Of a DNA stretch of 64,000 nt, positions 8,254-18,130 are shown piece by piece. The stretch spans positions 20,862 through 84,861 of the forward strand of contig JACRMI010000139.1 in the NCBI GenBank assembly GCA_016215025.1, in the 5' to 3' direction. A program made the translations under genes and the position numbers. Each line of letters starts with the position of its first letter. Within the stretch, counting starts at the first letter, position 1. The notes beneath the pieces were generated by a model. The model was given only the letters and a program-made list of their open reading frames with translations. It had not been told where the DNA came from and did no database searches. This DNA is from Chloroflexota bacterium (GTDB lineage Bacteria > Chloroflexota > Anaerolineae > UBA4142).

Positions 8254-11200
8254 ATGAAAGACCGAACGGTCCGCTTGTTCTTGGCGAGTTCTATTCTTGC
8301 TGGCTTCATTGCCCTCCTCCTTCTTATCATCGATTCAAACCCTACGCACGCCACCACGCTCTTACCCGAGCCAGCCAATCCGATATCGCTTCGTAATGCA
8401 CCCACCGTCAACGAGTTTCGCGTCTGCAACAGTTCGGGCATTTACTCACAGACGATTCAAGCGGCTATTGATGCGGCCCAGCCCGGCGATATTATCAAAG
8501 TCGCGGGCGGAAATTACATCGAGGCGAAACCAGCGGTGAGCGGCAATCTCTACATCTCGAAAACGGTTCACCTCTACGGCGGCTATACGTGCAGCGATTG
8601 GATGACGCAGAATCCCGCATTGAACATTTCCAAGGTTTTGCCAACGACACCGGATATTTCGGTGGTGGACATCGAAGGACCTGCCGCTCCGACCCTCGAT
8701 GGGTTTACGATCACCGGCGGCGGTGGTGGAAATCACGGCGGCGGAATTCGGATTAGGGGCAGCAACGCGCTCGTCAACAATAACATCATCACCGGCAATA
8801 TCGCGTATTTGTACGGTGGCGGCATCTGGGTTCAAGGCGGCGCGCCGGTGATTCAAAATAATCGAATCCAGAATAATGTTATACCGGCCAGCTCCGGCGA
8901 ATATGGCGGCGGCGTTGAATTAGAAGGTACGCAGGCAACGCTCACCGGCAATATTATCGCCAACAATCTCATCACCGATTCGGCTGGTTTTGGCGGTGGC
9001 GTCGCTATCCTTGGCGGTGGACCCGTCACGCTGACCAATAATCTCATTCAAAGCAATTCTGCGGCGACGATCACAAGCACCACTCCGGCCTTCGATGTTG
9101 GTTACGGCGGCGGCGTGTACGTTTCTGGCGCGGTCGTGAATATGACGAACAATACCGTGATGAGCAACACGGCAAATGGCGTGGTGGCGTTTAGTTTTGG
9201 CGGCGCATTTGGCTACGGCGGCGGAATTTTCATCGACAGTTCTCCAGCGTTCACTCTTACGGCGAACAACATTCTGAGCAACACGGCGAGTTACAAGTAC
9301 AATCTTTATCCTTCCGGCGGTGGATTGCAAATCCAATCCAGCAATGGGAAGTTGACTGGCAATGTTATTTCAGGTAATCGCGCCAACGGCAATACGCTCT
9401 TTGGCAATGGCGGCGGCTTGGCGATACTCACATCGACACTGACGATCCAAGGCGGGCAGATTTCGAATAACAAAACGTCGATCAATTGCGAAGGGTACGG
9501 TGGCGGTCTGCACGCGCGGAACAGTTCGATCACCATCGATTCGACCCGCCTGGATAATAATTGCGCGGGCAACACTCCCTTTTATGGCTTGGGCGGCGGA
9601 CTCGATTTTTTCAACAGTCCGTATACGCTGACGAATGTAATCGTTAGTAACAACTATGCTTGGTCCAATGATACGTCGGTGGGCGGACTCTCGGCGCGCG
9701 GTACCAGTCCTGGCTTGTTGCTCAACAACACATTCGCGAACAATAACGGGCAGGGCATTCGCACAGGCGCGGCGTTGACCGCGACCAATAATATTCTGCA
9801 AGGCAAAGGTGTTGCCGGGACGACGGGCATCAGTCTCACGGCGTCAATCCCCGTCAGCGTGACGTACAACAATTTTTACAACTATCCGAACAATGTCAAA
9901 GGTTTTGCGCTCGATGTGAGCAACATCATCATCAATCCGAATCTCGATTCGACTTTTCATCTCAACGCCGGCTCACCTGCGATCGATGCTGGCACGCATA
10001 CGAATGCGCCTGATACCGATTTTGACGGCGAGCCGCGCGCGATGATCGGCCCAAGCGGCTTGTTCAAAATCGATATGGGAGCCGATGAACGCACCGGCAT
10101 CGCGCAAACGATTCGTCGGTTGGCGACTCAGCCCGCCGATTTGACGCTGATCGGTCCGGGCAATCCGCAAGAAAATCCTGGCTCGACCGGATCGAACGAT
10201 TGGATTGGCAATGCCGTGTGGGGAGGCGATGTCAACAGCGACGGGCGCGCTGATTTGATCGCCGGTGCGCCCAATCTCTCGGAAGATTTCGATAACGGAC
10301 CCAACGACACCGGCCGAGTTTTCTCCATCTTCAACAATGCCACCCGCCGACTCGGCGTGATCGATTTGTACACCTCGACGGCGAGTTTAGAGATTCGCTC
10401 GAATATTCATCAGCAGCACATCGCGCAAGCGTTTGCGACCGCCGATGTGAACGGCGACAGCACACGCGATCTCATCATCGGCGCGTCCGGCGCGGCGAAC
10501 TTTGGCGTCACCGGTACCGTTTTTATTTTTCAAGGCGGTGCGAGTTTGTCTGGCACGAAAACGCTTTCGCCGACGATGCAAGCAACATGGCGCGTCCGCT
10601 CCGGCGAAAACACGTCCACTTTTGGCGGCAAGAATTCTTTGGTTGCAGGAAAACTCAACAACGATAACATCGACGATGTGGTGGTGGCGGAAGCATTTGC
10701 GACGGGACCCTCGAATCGAACGGAGGCAGGCGCGGTGTTTGTGCTTTTCGGCAGCAATAGCTTGCCCCCTTTGTGGGATTTGAAAACCACGCCCGCTAGT
10801 TTGACGATTTACGGTCCCGCGAATAATTCCCAGTTGAGTGGCGTCGCGGTGGGCGATGTGAACGGCGACGGCAAATTAGATTTGATTGCGCGCTCGCCGA
10901 CGACTGCGTACGTTTTTTACGGACCGCTGTCGGCTGGCACGCGCGACCTGGCGACTACGCCTGCCGATGCCACGATCACCGGCTTGAATGGCGATTGGCT
11001 TGCAGCAGGCGATGTGGATGGGGATGGCAAAGCCGACATCATCCTGGGACGAACGAGCGAAGTCGATGTCGTGCGCGGAGGAACATTGGTGGCAACGCAA
11101 ACGATTGGCGCGGCAGCGTGGGCGCGTATCACCGGCATCGCGCCGACGACGCTGTACGCATTCGATTGGAACGGCGATGGCAAGAGCGATATTTTTATCG

Positions 11201-11505
11201 GTGACATTTTCGCCAATCGAGCGTATGCAATTTATGGTGGCGCAATTGCTGGCACTCAAAATATTCTTGATCGTGCAAGCTGGCTCATCTTCGGCGAACT
11301 GAATGGCGATCAGTTCGGGTATTCCTTTGGCGGCGCAGATTTCGATTCCGATGGCGGACTCGATTTGATTATCGGCTCGCGTTCGCACGTCGTTTCAAAT
11401 CATTCGTTGCATTTCGAGGATGCGGGCGCGGCGTATGTTTTTTACGGCACAGGGACGGAGGCGATATTGAATCAAAGATTGTATTTGCCATTGATCGTCA
11501 AATAG
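8254..11505 (+). CDS. Large secreted protein: N-terminal right-handed parallel beta-helix (PbH1-type) repeats plus C-terminal FG-GAP/VCBS (integrin-alpha-like) repeats
   Basis: Signal peptide ending ..NPTHA. Many repeats of the form N..I.GN.A..GGGI. Multiple FG-GAP motifs: DVNSDGRADLIAG, DVNGDGKLDLI, DVDGDGKADIILG, DFDSDGGLDLIIG. Ends in LYLPLIVK. Confidence 0.8.
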   Translation: MKDRTVRLFLASSILAGFIALLLLIIDSNPTHATTLLPEPANPISLRNAPTVNEFRVCNSSGIYSQTIQAAIDAAQPGDIIKVAGGNYIEAKPAVSGNLYISKTVHLYGGYTCSDWMTQNPALNISKVLPTTPDISVVDIEGPAAPTLDGFTITGGGGGNHGGGIRIRGSNALVNNNIITGNIAYLYGGGIWVQGGAPVIQNNRIQNNVIPASSGEYGGGVELEGTQATLTGNIIANNLITDSAGFGGGVAILGGGPVTLTNNLIQSNSAATITSTTPAFDVGYGGGVYVSGAVVNMTNNTVMSNTANGVVAFSFGGAFGYGGGIFIDSSPAFTLTANNILSNTASYKYNLYPSGGGLQIQSSNGKLTGNVISGNRANGNTLFGNGGGLAILTSTLTIQGGQISNNKTSINCEGYGGGLHARNSSITIDSTRLDNNCAGNTPFYGLGGGLDFFNSPYTLTNVIVSNNYAWSNDTSVGGLSARGTSPGLLLNNTFANNNGQGIRTGAALTATNNILQGKGVAGTTGISLTASIPVSVTYNNFYNYPNNVKGFALDVSNIIINPNLDSTFHLNAGSPAIDAGTHTNAPDTDFDGEPRAMIGPSGLFKIDMGADERTGIAQTIRRLATQPADLTLIGPGNPQENPGSTGSNDWIGNAVWGGDVNSDGRADLIAGAPNLSEDFDNGPNDTGRVFSIFNNATRRLGVIDLYTSTASLEIRSNIHQQHIAQAFATADVNGDSTRDLIIGASGAANFGVTGTVFIFQGGASLSGTKTLSPTMQATWRVRSGENTSTFGGKNSLVAGKLNNDNIDDVVVAEAFATGPSNRTEAGAVFVLFGSNSLPPLWDLKTTPASLTIYGPANNSQLSGVAVGDVNGDGKLDLIARSPTTAYVFYGPLSAGTRDLATTPADATITGLNGDWLAAGDVDGDGKADIILGRTSEVDVVRGGTLVATQTIGAAAWARITGIAPTTLYAFDWNGDGKSDIFIGDIFANRAYAIYGGAIAGTQNILDRASWLIFGELNGDQFGYSFGGADFDSDGGLDLIIGSRSHVVSNHSLHFEDAGAAYVFYGTGTEAILNQRLYLPLIVK

Positions 11506-11519
11506 ATCGTGGGAAAAGT

Positions 11520-11592
11520 ACAACAACGAATTTAGGAAACAACGAATTCCGGACGTGGATCGTCATTCGTTTATTCCCAAATTCGTTGTTGT
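11520..11592. repeat. Nested palindrome between the two exoprotein genes
   Basis: acaacaacgaattt (11520-11533) and aaattcgttgttgt (11579-11592) form a perfect 14-bp inverted repeat. It encloses an inner aacgaat / attcgtt pair. No U-run follows. Confidence 0.6.
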
Positions 11593-11607
11593 GGCGCTCA
11601 CTGGGAG

Positions 11608-13098
11608 GTGAATGTGAATCGCACGATTATCAAAGCTCTACCAATTCTGGTTTTGGTATTGATTATTCTTTCGATGCCAAAATCTGGAAACGCCAACCCA
11701 GCCGCCGCGACCTTCATAGTCGATAGCAATGCGGACGCCGGCGATTGGAATCCCGGCGATGGCATTTGCGAAACGGCGAACGGCAATCACGTTTGCACAT
11801 TGCGCGCTGCGGTGCAAGAAGCTAACGCTGCGCCCGGCTCGACGATCATTTTTGGTCTAGCTGGCAGCATCACCTATCTTCTCACCAGCCAAGTCGCGCT
11901 CAACGCGAACATGACCATCGTCGGCAATGGCGCAGCCAATACGATCATCGACGGCAACGGCAGCGTGACGAACAATCGCGTGTTTACGATTTCGTCAGCG
12001 CCAACGGTCGTCAGTATTTCTGGTGTGACGATTCGGAATGGCAAGTCCGATTTGGGCGGCGGCATTCATAACGTCGGTCATCTGTTGCTCAATAATGTCA
12101 TTGTGATGAACAACGCCGCCACGATTGGCAATCCTCGTTCGGGTGGAGGCATTTGGAATTCGGGCGCATTGACGATCACGCAGAGTCTCATCAACGGCAA
12201 TACGGCGACGATTCCATTTACAGGCGGTGGCGGAGGCATCTACAATACGAACGGAACTGTCTTACTCGATCATACGAGCTTGAATGGAAACACCACGGAT
12301 TTTTTGGGCGGCGCAATTCAAGTCGATGGAGGTATTGTGTCGCTCGTGAATAGCGCCATCGATAGCAATACTGCATCGATGGGTGGCGGCATTTTCAATG
12401 GCGGGATTTCTTCGAGCGGCATATTGAATATTACGAGCAGCGGCATCTTTAGTAACACCGCAACGAGTGGTTCGACTGGCGGTGGAGGCATCTACAATCT
12501 GTGGGGAACGGCGACGCTCGTGAATAGCACATTGTACCTCAACGTCGCAAATAATAACGGAGGCGGAATCTACAACGACAGCAGTGGAACAACCGGCCTT
12601 TACAATGTCACCATCGCCGGAAACTATTCGGATTGGGACAGTAACAATACCGGCACGGGCGGAGGCATTAGTCGCCAGGGCGGCACCGTCAATGTTAGGA
12701 ATTCAATTGTGGCAGGCAACTATGATTACAGTAATGCTTGCCTCACGTGCAGTACGGCGGATGATTGCAAGGGTACGATAAACTCTGAAGATTTCAATCT
12801 GGTTCAAACAACGAGTGGATGCTCGCTTGTTGGCTCGACCGGAAATAATATTACAGGAGTTGTTCCACAATTGAGCTATCCACCAGCATACAATGGTGGT
12901 TCAACATTGAATCTGGCTTTGCAATCGACCAGCCAAGCCATCGATGCCGGCAACACCGGTGGCTGTCGCGATATTCTCGGCGCGCTCATCTCTGTCGATC
13001 AACGCGGCTCACGCCGGCCATTCCCCAACGGTGGGCGTTGCGATATTGGCGCGTTCGAGTTTGGCAATTGGATATTTTTGCCGCTCATAATGCGATGA
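11608..13098 (+). CDS. Secreted parallel beta-helix protein resembling choice-of-anchor Q / polymorphic-membrane-protein repeat proteins
   Basis: GGGAGG SD; start is GTG 11608 or more likely GTG 11614. Signal peptide present. Repeated GGGI.N motifs. C-terminal DQRGSRRPFPNGGRCDIGAFEF motif. Ends in IFLPLIMR. Confidence 0.75.
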   Translation: MNVNRTIIKALPILVLVLIILSMPKSGNANPAAATFIVDSNADAGDWNPGDGICETANGNHVCTLRAAVQEANAAPGSTIIFGLAGSITYLLTSQVALNANMTIVGNGAANTIIDGNGSVTNNRVFTISSAPTVVSISGVTIRNGKSDLGGGIHNVGHLLLNNVIVMNNAATIGNPRSGGGIWNSGALTITQSLINGNTATIPFTGGGGGIYNTNGTVLLDHTSLNGNTTDFLGGAIQVDGGIVSLVNSAIDSNTASMGGGIFNGGISSSGILNITSSGIFSNTATSGSTGGGGIYNLWGTATLVNSTLYLNVANNNGGGIYNDSSGTTGLYNVTIAGNYSDWDSNNTGTGGGISRQGGTVNVRNSIVAGNYDYSNACLTCSTADDCKGTINSEDFNLVQTTSGCSLVGSTGNNITGVVPQLSYPPAYNGGSTLNLALQSTSQAIDAGNTGGCRDILGALISVDQRGSRRPFPNGGRCDIGAFEFGNWIFLPLIMR

Positions 13099-13176
13099 CG
13101 TGAAAGCGAATACGCGCAGAGAATGAGCAACACAGGGTCAATAAAGAATCCACATTTTTCTTTCCCTGGAAACAAA

Positions 13177-13213
13177 GAAGCACGGAAAATTAATTTTCCA
13201 TGCTTCTTTTCAT
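13177..13213. terminator. Bidirectional rho-independent terminator (convergent exoprotein gene and clpC)
   Basis: gaagcacggaaaa / ttttccatgcttc stem with one mismatch, followed by ttttcat and preceded by aaacaaa. Confidence 0.6.
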
Positions 13214-13229
13214 CCGTGAGGTAAGATTC

Positions 13230-15746
13230 TTACAGCGGAGCCAATTCTGGCTCGGGGGTTTTGATGCCGCCATCATCGCCGTCGCCCGGTCGATATTCTT
13301 TGACGGTGAGTTTGAATTCACCATCAACCAGGTCACCGATGAGCGTGCTGCCCGGTTTGAATTCGCCGGACAAGACACCTTCCGAAAGCGGGTCTTCAAG
13401 CGTGCGCTGAATCACGCGCTTCAATGGACGCGCGCCCAGTTGTTGATCGAATCCTTCGTCCGCGAGTTTTGCCTTGGCGGTTTCGGTCATTTCGAGCTTG
13501 AGTTCGTGTTCTTTCAAGCGCGGCTGCAAGTAACCGATTTGAATATCGACTATTTGCTTGATGTCGTCTTTGGTTAGTGCGCGGAACACAACGATATTAT
13601 CGAGACGATTCAAGAATTCGGGACGGAACAGGCGCTTGAGTTCATTCATCAACTTTTCGCGCATGTTCTTGTACGCATCTTCTTGCGTTTTGACTTCGCT
13701 GCGTTTGCCACTAAATCCCAGGACGGCGTCGCGCTGAATCAAGTCTGCGCCGATGTTCGAGGTCATGATGATGATCGTGTTACGAAAATCGACTTTGTGA
13801 CCCTTGGCGTCGGCGAGGTGTCCGTCTTCCAAAATCTGCAGCAACATGTTGAACGCTTCGGGATGCGCCTTTTCAATTTCGTCGAATAGCACGACCGAGT
13901 ACGGATGGCGGCGAATGTGCTCGGTCAGTTGACCGCCTTCGTCAAAGCCGATATAGCCGGGCGGTGCGCCAACCAAGCGCGACACGTTGTGGCGTTCCAT
14001 GAATTCAGACATGTCGAGTTGGAACAGCGCTTTTTCATCACCGAACATGAATTCGGCGAGGGCTTTGGCGAGTTCACTCTTGCCGACGCCGGTCGGTCCC
14101 AGGAACACAAACGAACCAATCGGACGCTTGGGGTCTTTCAACCCAGCACGGGCGCGGCGCACCGCTTTGGCGACGTTCGAGATCGCTTCTTCCTGACCGA
14201 TGATGCGCCTGTGGAGTTCCTCTTCCATCTTGAGCAAGCGCTGACTTTCTTCGCCGGCGATGCGTGTGACGGGGACGCCGGTCCACATCGCCACGACTTC
14301 GGCGATGTCCTCGCTCGTCACTTTGGGCGGCGTTGTGCCCGTCGCTTCGAGCCAGTTCAGTTTCATCATATTCAATTTTTCGCGCAGGTCAGTTTCTTTG
14401 CCCAGCAATTCGGCGGCCAGATCGAACTGTTCTTGTTCGACCGCCGTTTGTTTTTCCTTGACCAGTTCCTTGATCTGCGAATCGGTCTGCTGATATTCCG
14501 GTGGCTTGGGCGCTTTGTACATTCGCACGCGGCTGGACGCTTCGTCGATCAGATCGATGGCCTTGTCCGGCAGGAATCGTTCGGTGACGTAGCGCGTGGC
14601 GAGATGCGCGGCGGAGACAAGCGCTTCGTCTGTAATTTTCAATTGATGGTGTTGTTCGTAACGGGGGCGAATACCTTTGAGGATTTCGACCGTTTCTTCG
14701 ATGCTGGGTTCTTCAACGCGCACCGGTTGGAAGCGGCGTTCCAACGCAGCATCGCTTTCGATATGTTTGCGGTACTCTTCTAGCGTCGTTGCGCCGACGA
14801 CTTGGAGTTCGCCGCGCGACAACGCAGGTTTCAAAATATTCGCGGCGTCCACGGCGCTGCCGGCAGAACCTGCGCCGACGACCATGTGCAGTTCGTCGAT
14901 GAAGAGAATGGTTTTGCTGCCTTTGAGTTCGTCGATGACGCGCTTCATGCGCTCTTCAAACTGTCCACGATAGATCGTGCCGGCGACGAGCGAGCCAACG
15001 TCGAGTTGGACGACGCGTTTGTTGAGCAGGGGACCGGGAACGTTTCCTTGAATAATGGCTTGGGCGAGTCCTTCGACAATCGCAGTCTTGCCGACCCCCG
15101 GTTCGCCGACGAGCGCGGGGTTATTCTTGGTACGGCGTGAGAGAATCTGAATGACGCGCTCAATTTCTTTTTGGCGACCCACGACCGGATCGAGTTTGTT
15201 TTCTTCGGCGAGAGCCGTCAGGTCGGTTGCCAATTGATCGATGAGCGGCGTCTTGGATTCGCCCGCCTTTTTCTTTTCGGTCGTGACTTTTTCGGGCTGG
15301 GATTCCATCACCGCTTTGGCGAGTTGATTGCGGATTTTATCGGGGCTGACGTTCATGCTTTTCAAAACATTGACGGCGATGCCATCCCCCTCGCGCACGA
15401 GACCCAAGAGCAAATGCTCGGTGCCGATGTAATGGTGTCCCAGGCGACGCGCTTCATCGACGGCCAGTTCGATCACGCGCTTGGTGCGCGGCGTCAGACT
15501 CAGCCGACCGCCCGGTGCGGATTGTCCGCGTCCGACAATATCTTCAACAATCTGACGCACGCGAATTTGCTCAATCCCCAGATCGCGCAGAACCTTGGCT
15601 GCCATGCCTTCTTCTTCACGAATCAGTCCCAGCAGCAAATGTTCTGTGCCGATATAATTGTGATTTAGACGCACCGCTTCTTCTTGAGCATAGGTCAGAA
15701 CGCGTCGCGCGCGTTTTGTAAATTTGTCCAATTTATCGGACATCAT
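13230..15746 (-). CDS. clpC: ATP-dependent Clp protease ATP-binding subunit ClpC (class I AAA+ with Clp_N repeats and UVR-like middle domain)
   Basis: N-terminal Clp repeat TEHLLLGL occurs twice. Walker A motifs GEPGVGKT and GPTGVGKS. Overall length and domain order match ClpC. Confidence 0.95.
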   Translation of the reverse strand: MMSDKLDKFTKRARRVLTYAQEEAVRLNHNYIGTEHLLLGLIREEEGMAAKVLRDLGIEQIRVRQIVEDIVGRGQSAPGGRLSLTPRTKRVIELAVDEARRLGHHYIGTEHLLLGLVREGDGIAVNVLKSMNVSPDKIRNQLAKAVMESQPEKVTTEKKKAGESKTPLIDQLATDLTALAEENKLDPVVGRQKEIERVIQILSRRTKNNPALVGEPGVGKTAIVEGLAQAIIQGNVPGPLLNKRVVQLDVGSLVAGTIYRGQFEERMKRVIDELKGSKTILFIDELHMVVGAGSAGSAVDAANILKPALSRGELQVVGATTLEEYRKHIESDAALERRFQPVRVEEPSIEETVEILKGIRPRYEQHHQLKITDEALVSAAHLATRYVTERFLPDKAIDLIDEASSRVRMYKAPKPPEYQQTDSQIKELVKEKQTAVEQEQFDLAAELLGKETDLREKLNMMKLNWLEATGTTPPKVTSEDIAEVVAMWTGVPVTRIAGEESQRLLKMEEELHRRIIGQEEAISNVAKAVRRARAGLKDPKRPIGSFVFLGPTGVGKSELAKALAEFMFGDEKALFQLDMSEFMERHNVSRLVGAPPGYIGFDEGGQLTEHIRRHPYSVVLFDEIEKAHPEAFNMLLQILEDGHLADAKGHKVDFRNTIIIMTSNIGADLIQRDAVLGFSGKRSEVKTQEDAYKNMREKLMNELKRLFRPEFLNRLDNIVVFRALTKDDIKQIVDIQIGYLQPRLKEHELKLEMTETAKAKLADEGFDQQLGARPLKRVIQRTLEDPLSEGVLSGEFKPGSTLIGDLVDGEFKLTVKEYRPGDGDDGGIKTPEPELAPL

Positions 15747-15990
15747 AGTTCACCTCTCGGTACAAGTCACGCTTGTTGTCGGAGCAGATTAGGCAACGCT
15801 CTAACAATATTACGTGCTAAACCTGACGATAGTTCGGTCTTGGAATCGGTCAGGCAAGAATGTTGATTGTTAATTAAAGTTTCACAGTCATATATGGTAC
15901 TGGCAGGCAGTGCCAGATTCGAAGAGAGAAAAATCTCACATGGGGATGCAGATGTTTCGCTCGTCGAAAATAACCCATCTGCCAACAAAT

Positions 15991-16113
15991 TGTCATTTCT
16001 GAACGCAGTGAACGCTTCGCGTCTCTTTCCATGGAATGAGACCCTTTGCGGATGGATTCGCTACGCTCACCACATGGTTTACACTGAGCGAAGCTAACGT
16101 GCTCAGGGTGACA
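15991..16113. repeat. Composite family-A hairpin repeat (inverted copy of the element at 17956-18126)
   Basis: tttacactgagcgaagctaacgtgctcagggtgaca matches the reverse complement of 17956-17991 at 33 of 36 positions. The ttccatggaatgagaccctttgcgga unit also matches in inverted orientation. Confidence 0.75.
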
Positions 16114-16135
16114 TGAGTAAGGTGAGTTATTAAAA

Positions 16136-16161
16136 GGCGTCCCATCAAAAGCAGGGACGCC
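16136..16161 (-). terminator. rho-independent terminator of rpsA
   Basis: ggcgtccc / gggacgcc 8-bp stem, followed on the minus strand by tttta. It starts 15 nt past the rpsA stop. Confidence 0.6.
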
Positions 16162-16175
16162 ACAGTTCTGCGATG

Positions 16176-17420
16176 TTAGCCGTTCGATTCTTCTTCTTCG
16201 TTGGTAGGATCGGGCCAATCTTCGGGCGTTTCCACTCCGCTGACGTCTCCTGCGTACTCTTCGGATGCTCGTTTGAGCGAGAGGCCGAGTCGCCGTCGTG
16301 CGGCATCGACTCGAATCACGCGCAGTTGGAGCATATCGCCTTCCTTCACGACTTCTTTGGGATGATTGATCCGTCGGTCGGCAAGTTCGGAAATGTGGAT
16401 CAAGCCTTCGATGTTGTCGTCAAGGCGCGCGAATGCGCCAAAGGACGCCAGCTTGGTGATCGTTCCGTTGACGAGATCGCCCACTTTGTAATTATCTTCG
16501 ACGGTTTGCCAGGGTTCCTTGGTGAGCCGTTTCAGACTCAACGCGATTCGTTCGCGTTCGCGTTCGACGTTCAAAACTTGGACTTGGACTTGGTCGCCAA
16601 CTTTGACCACGTCTTTCGGATGACCGATTTTTGTCCAAGACATTTCGGACAAGTGAATCATGCCATCCACGCCGCCTAAATCGATAAACACGCCAAAGTC
16701 GGCCACGCTGGTGACGGTGCCAGTCAGGACATCGCCTTCTTTCAGATTTTCCAGCAAATGCTCTTTTTGCGCTTTGCGCGTTTCGCGCATGGCAGCCCGT
16801 TCGGACAAGATGAGCCGATTGCGCTCACGATCCAATTCAATCACTTTGAGCTTGAGTTTCTTTCCGACGAGCGTGCTCAAATCCAACTCGCCGGCTCCTT
16901 CGCCCCCAGTTGCTTCTTTTCGTCGTCCGACACTTTCCAATTGAGTTGCCGGAACGAAACCGCGAACCTTGCCAACGCGCACAATCAAACCGCCCTTGTT
17001 AAACCCGGCGACTTGGGCGTCAAAAATCTCGCCGGTTTTCAAGAGTTCTTCCGCATCGCGCCAATCGTGTTCCAATTGCGCGCGCACGAGCGACAAGACC
17101 ACGTTGCCGTCGCGATTTTCTGGTCGAACGACGAACGCCAAGATTTGGTCGCCCACGTGCAGTTTTTTGACTGCATCGGCGCTCATCTTTTCCAATTCTT
17201 TTTGTTCGACCACGCCTTCTGATTTTGCGCCAATGTCAATCAAAATTTCGCGTGGGTCTGCCCGCACAATTGTGCCTGAGACGATCTCACCGTACTTGAG
17301 CTTTTTAAAGCCCAACTCCAGATCGGTCAATTCGCTCATTGGGCTGACCTTGTTGCCATTCGTAGCTTTTGCCTTGAGAGTTGCCTCCTGGGGACTTGGA
17401 CGTCCACCGCTTGGAACCAT
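16176..17420 (-). CDS. rpsA: 30S ribosomal protein S1 (four S1 RNA-binding domains)
   Basis: Four repeats of the S1 pattern (G..V.G.V..V..FG.FV.L..G..GL.H.SE). The ORF is open to GTG 17438, but ATG 17420 has a GGGGGA SD 6 nt upstream. Confidence 0.9.
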   Translation of the reverse strand: MVPSGGRPSPQEATLKAKATNGNKVSPMSELTDLELGFKKLKYGEIVSGTIVRADPREILIDIGAKSEGVVEQKELEKMSADAVKKLHVGDQILAFVVRPENRDGNVVLSLVRAQLEHDWRDAEELLKTGEIFDAQVAGFNKGGLIVRVGKVRGFVPATQLESVGRRKEATGGEGAGELDLSTLVGKKLKLKVIELDRERNRLILSERAAMRETRKAQKEHLLENLKEGDVLTGTVTSVADFGVFIDLGGVDGMIHLSEMSWTKIGHPKDVVKVGDQVQVQVLNVERERERIALSLKRLTKEPWQTVEDNYKVGDLVNGTITKLASFGAFARLDDNIEGLIHISELADRRINHPKEVVKEGDMLQLRVIRVDAARRRLGLSLKRASEEYAGDVSGVETPEDWPDPTNEEEESNG

Positions 17421-17646
17421 TGATTTTCCCCCGCGCACCGATTTTCAACCGCGGAATTAAATTTTATCCGCGTGTATGATTTCCTTCGTTACCCATTATA
17501 GTCATTTTCTTGACAAATGGCAACCCCTCTTACGCAAAAGATTTGCGAATCCTTTGGAGTTGAATTCTGTGACATTCGGTCATTGCTCTTAAAAAGCGAT
17601 TATGGTAATTTCATATGATCAGCCAAAGTGTGGTCCGCTTGTAAAA

Positions 17647-17676
17647 CCAGACCCCAGAGTTAACTCTGGGGTCTGG
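17647..17676 (-). terminator. rho-independent terminator after the MoaD/ThiS-like gene
   Basis: ccagaccccagag / ctctggggtctgg is a perfect 13-bp stem with a ttaa loop, followed on the minus strand by ttttac. Confidence 0.7.
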
Positions 17677-17679
17677 ACG

Positions 17680-17940
17680 TTACGTTCCGCCGCTGATGGC
17701 TGTAATAATGTGAATTTCATCGTTCGCACCGACAGAATCGGCTAGACTATTAGCGACACTTGAATTAACAAATATCTTGATGTGTTCGCGAATTTCGTCT
17801 TGCTCGTTGATGACGCGAAAGCGCAAGCCGGGATATTGTCGATCCAAATCCGCAAACACATCCGCCAACGTTGTGCCGTTCGCTTCAACCTCTTTCGATT
17901 TGGTGTACGACAGCAGCGGCGATGGAATCCGAACTTTCAT
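17680..17940 (-). CDS. MoaD/ThiS-family ubiquitin-like sulfur-carrier protein ending in -GGT
   Basis: 86 aa. Beta-grasp-like pattern MKVRIP..L......EVE..G.TLADV...L. C-terminus is ..IITAISGGT, one residue past the Gly-Gly. Confidence 0.7.
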   Translation of the reverse strand: MKVRIPSPLLSYTKSKEVEANGTTLADVFADLDRQYPGLRFRVINEQDEIREHIKIFVNSSVANSLADSVGANDEIHIITAISGGT

Positions 17941-17955
17941 AGCTCACCTTATGCA

Positions 17956-18126
17956 TGTCTCCCTGAGCACGTTCGCGTCGCTCAGTGTAAACTCCGCGAA
18001 GGGTCTCGTTCCATGAAACAAGATTCTTCGCTGCGCTCAGAATGACGGTCCGGTCGTCACCCTGAGCGGAGCGAAAGGTCTCGTTCCATGAAGCGAGATT
18101 CTTCGCTGCGCTCAGAATGACGGTCC
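17956..18126. repeat. Composite family-A hairpin repeat with an internal tandem duplication
   Basis: The unit ggtctcgttccatgaa.c.agattcttcgctgcgctcagaatgacggtcc occurs twice (about 17998-18051 and 18071-18126). The 5' part is an inverted copy of 16078-16113. Confidence 0.8.
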
Positions 18127-18130
18127 AATT

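Noticed and set aside
8160-8441. 93-aa minus-strand ORF overlapping the start of the large exoprotein gene
   Set aside because: It runs across the promoter-proximal leader and the signal-peptide region of a well-supported + strand gene. No SD.
13905-14783. 292-aa + strand ORF, and several others between 13200 and 15866
   Set aside because: They are antisense shadow ORFs inside clpC. The minus-strand frame carries unmistakable ClpC motifs over its full length.
15747-15990. CIRCE or CtsR-type heat-shock operator upstream of clpC
   Set aside because: TTAGCACGTAATATTGTTAGAGC only loosely resembles CIRCE (TTAGCACTC-N9-GAGTGCTAA). It lacks the inverted second arm. No GGTCAAA direct repeats for CtsR are present.
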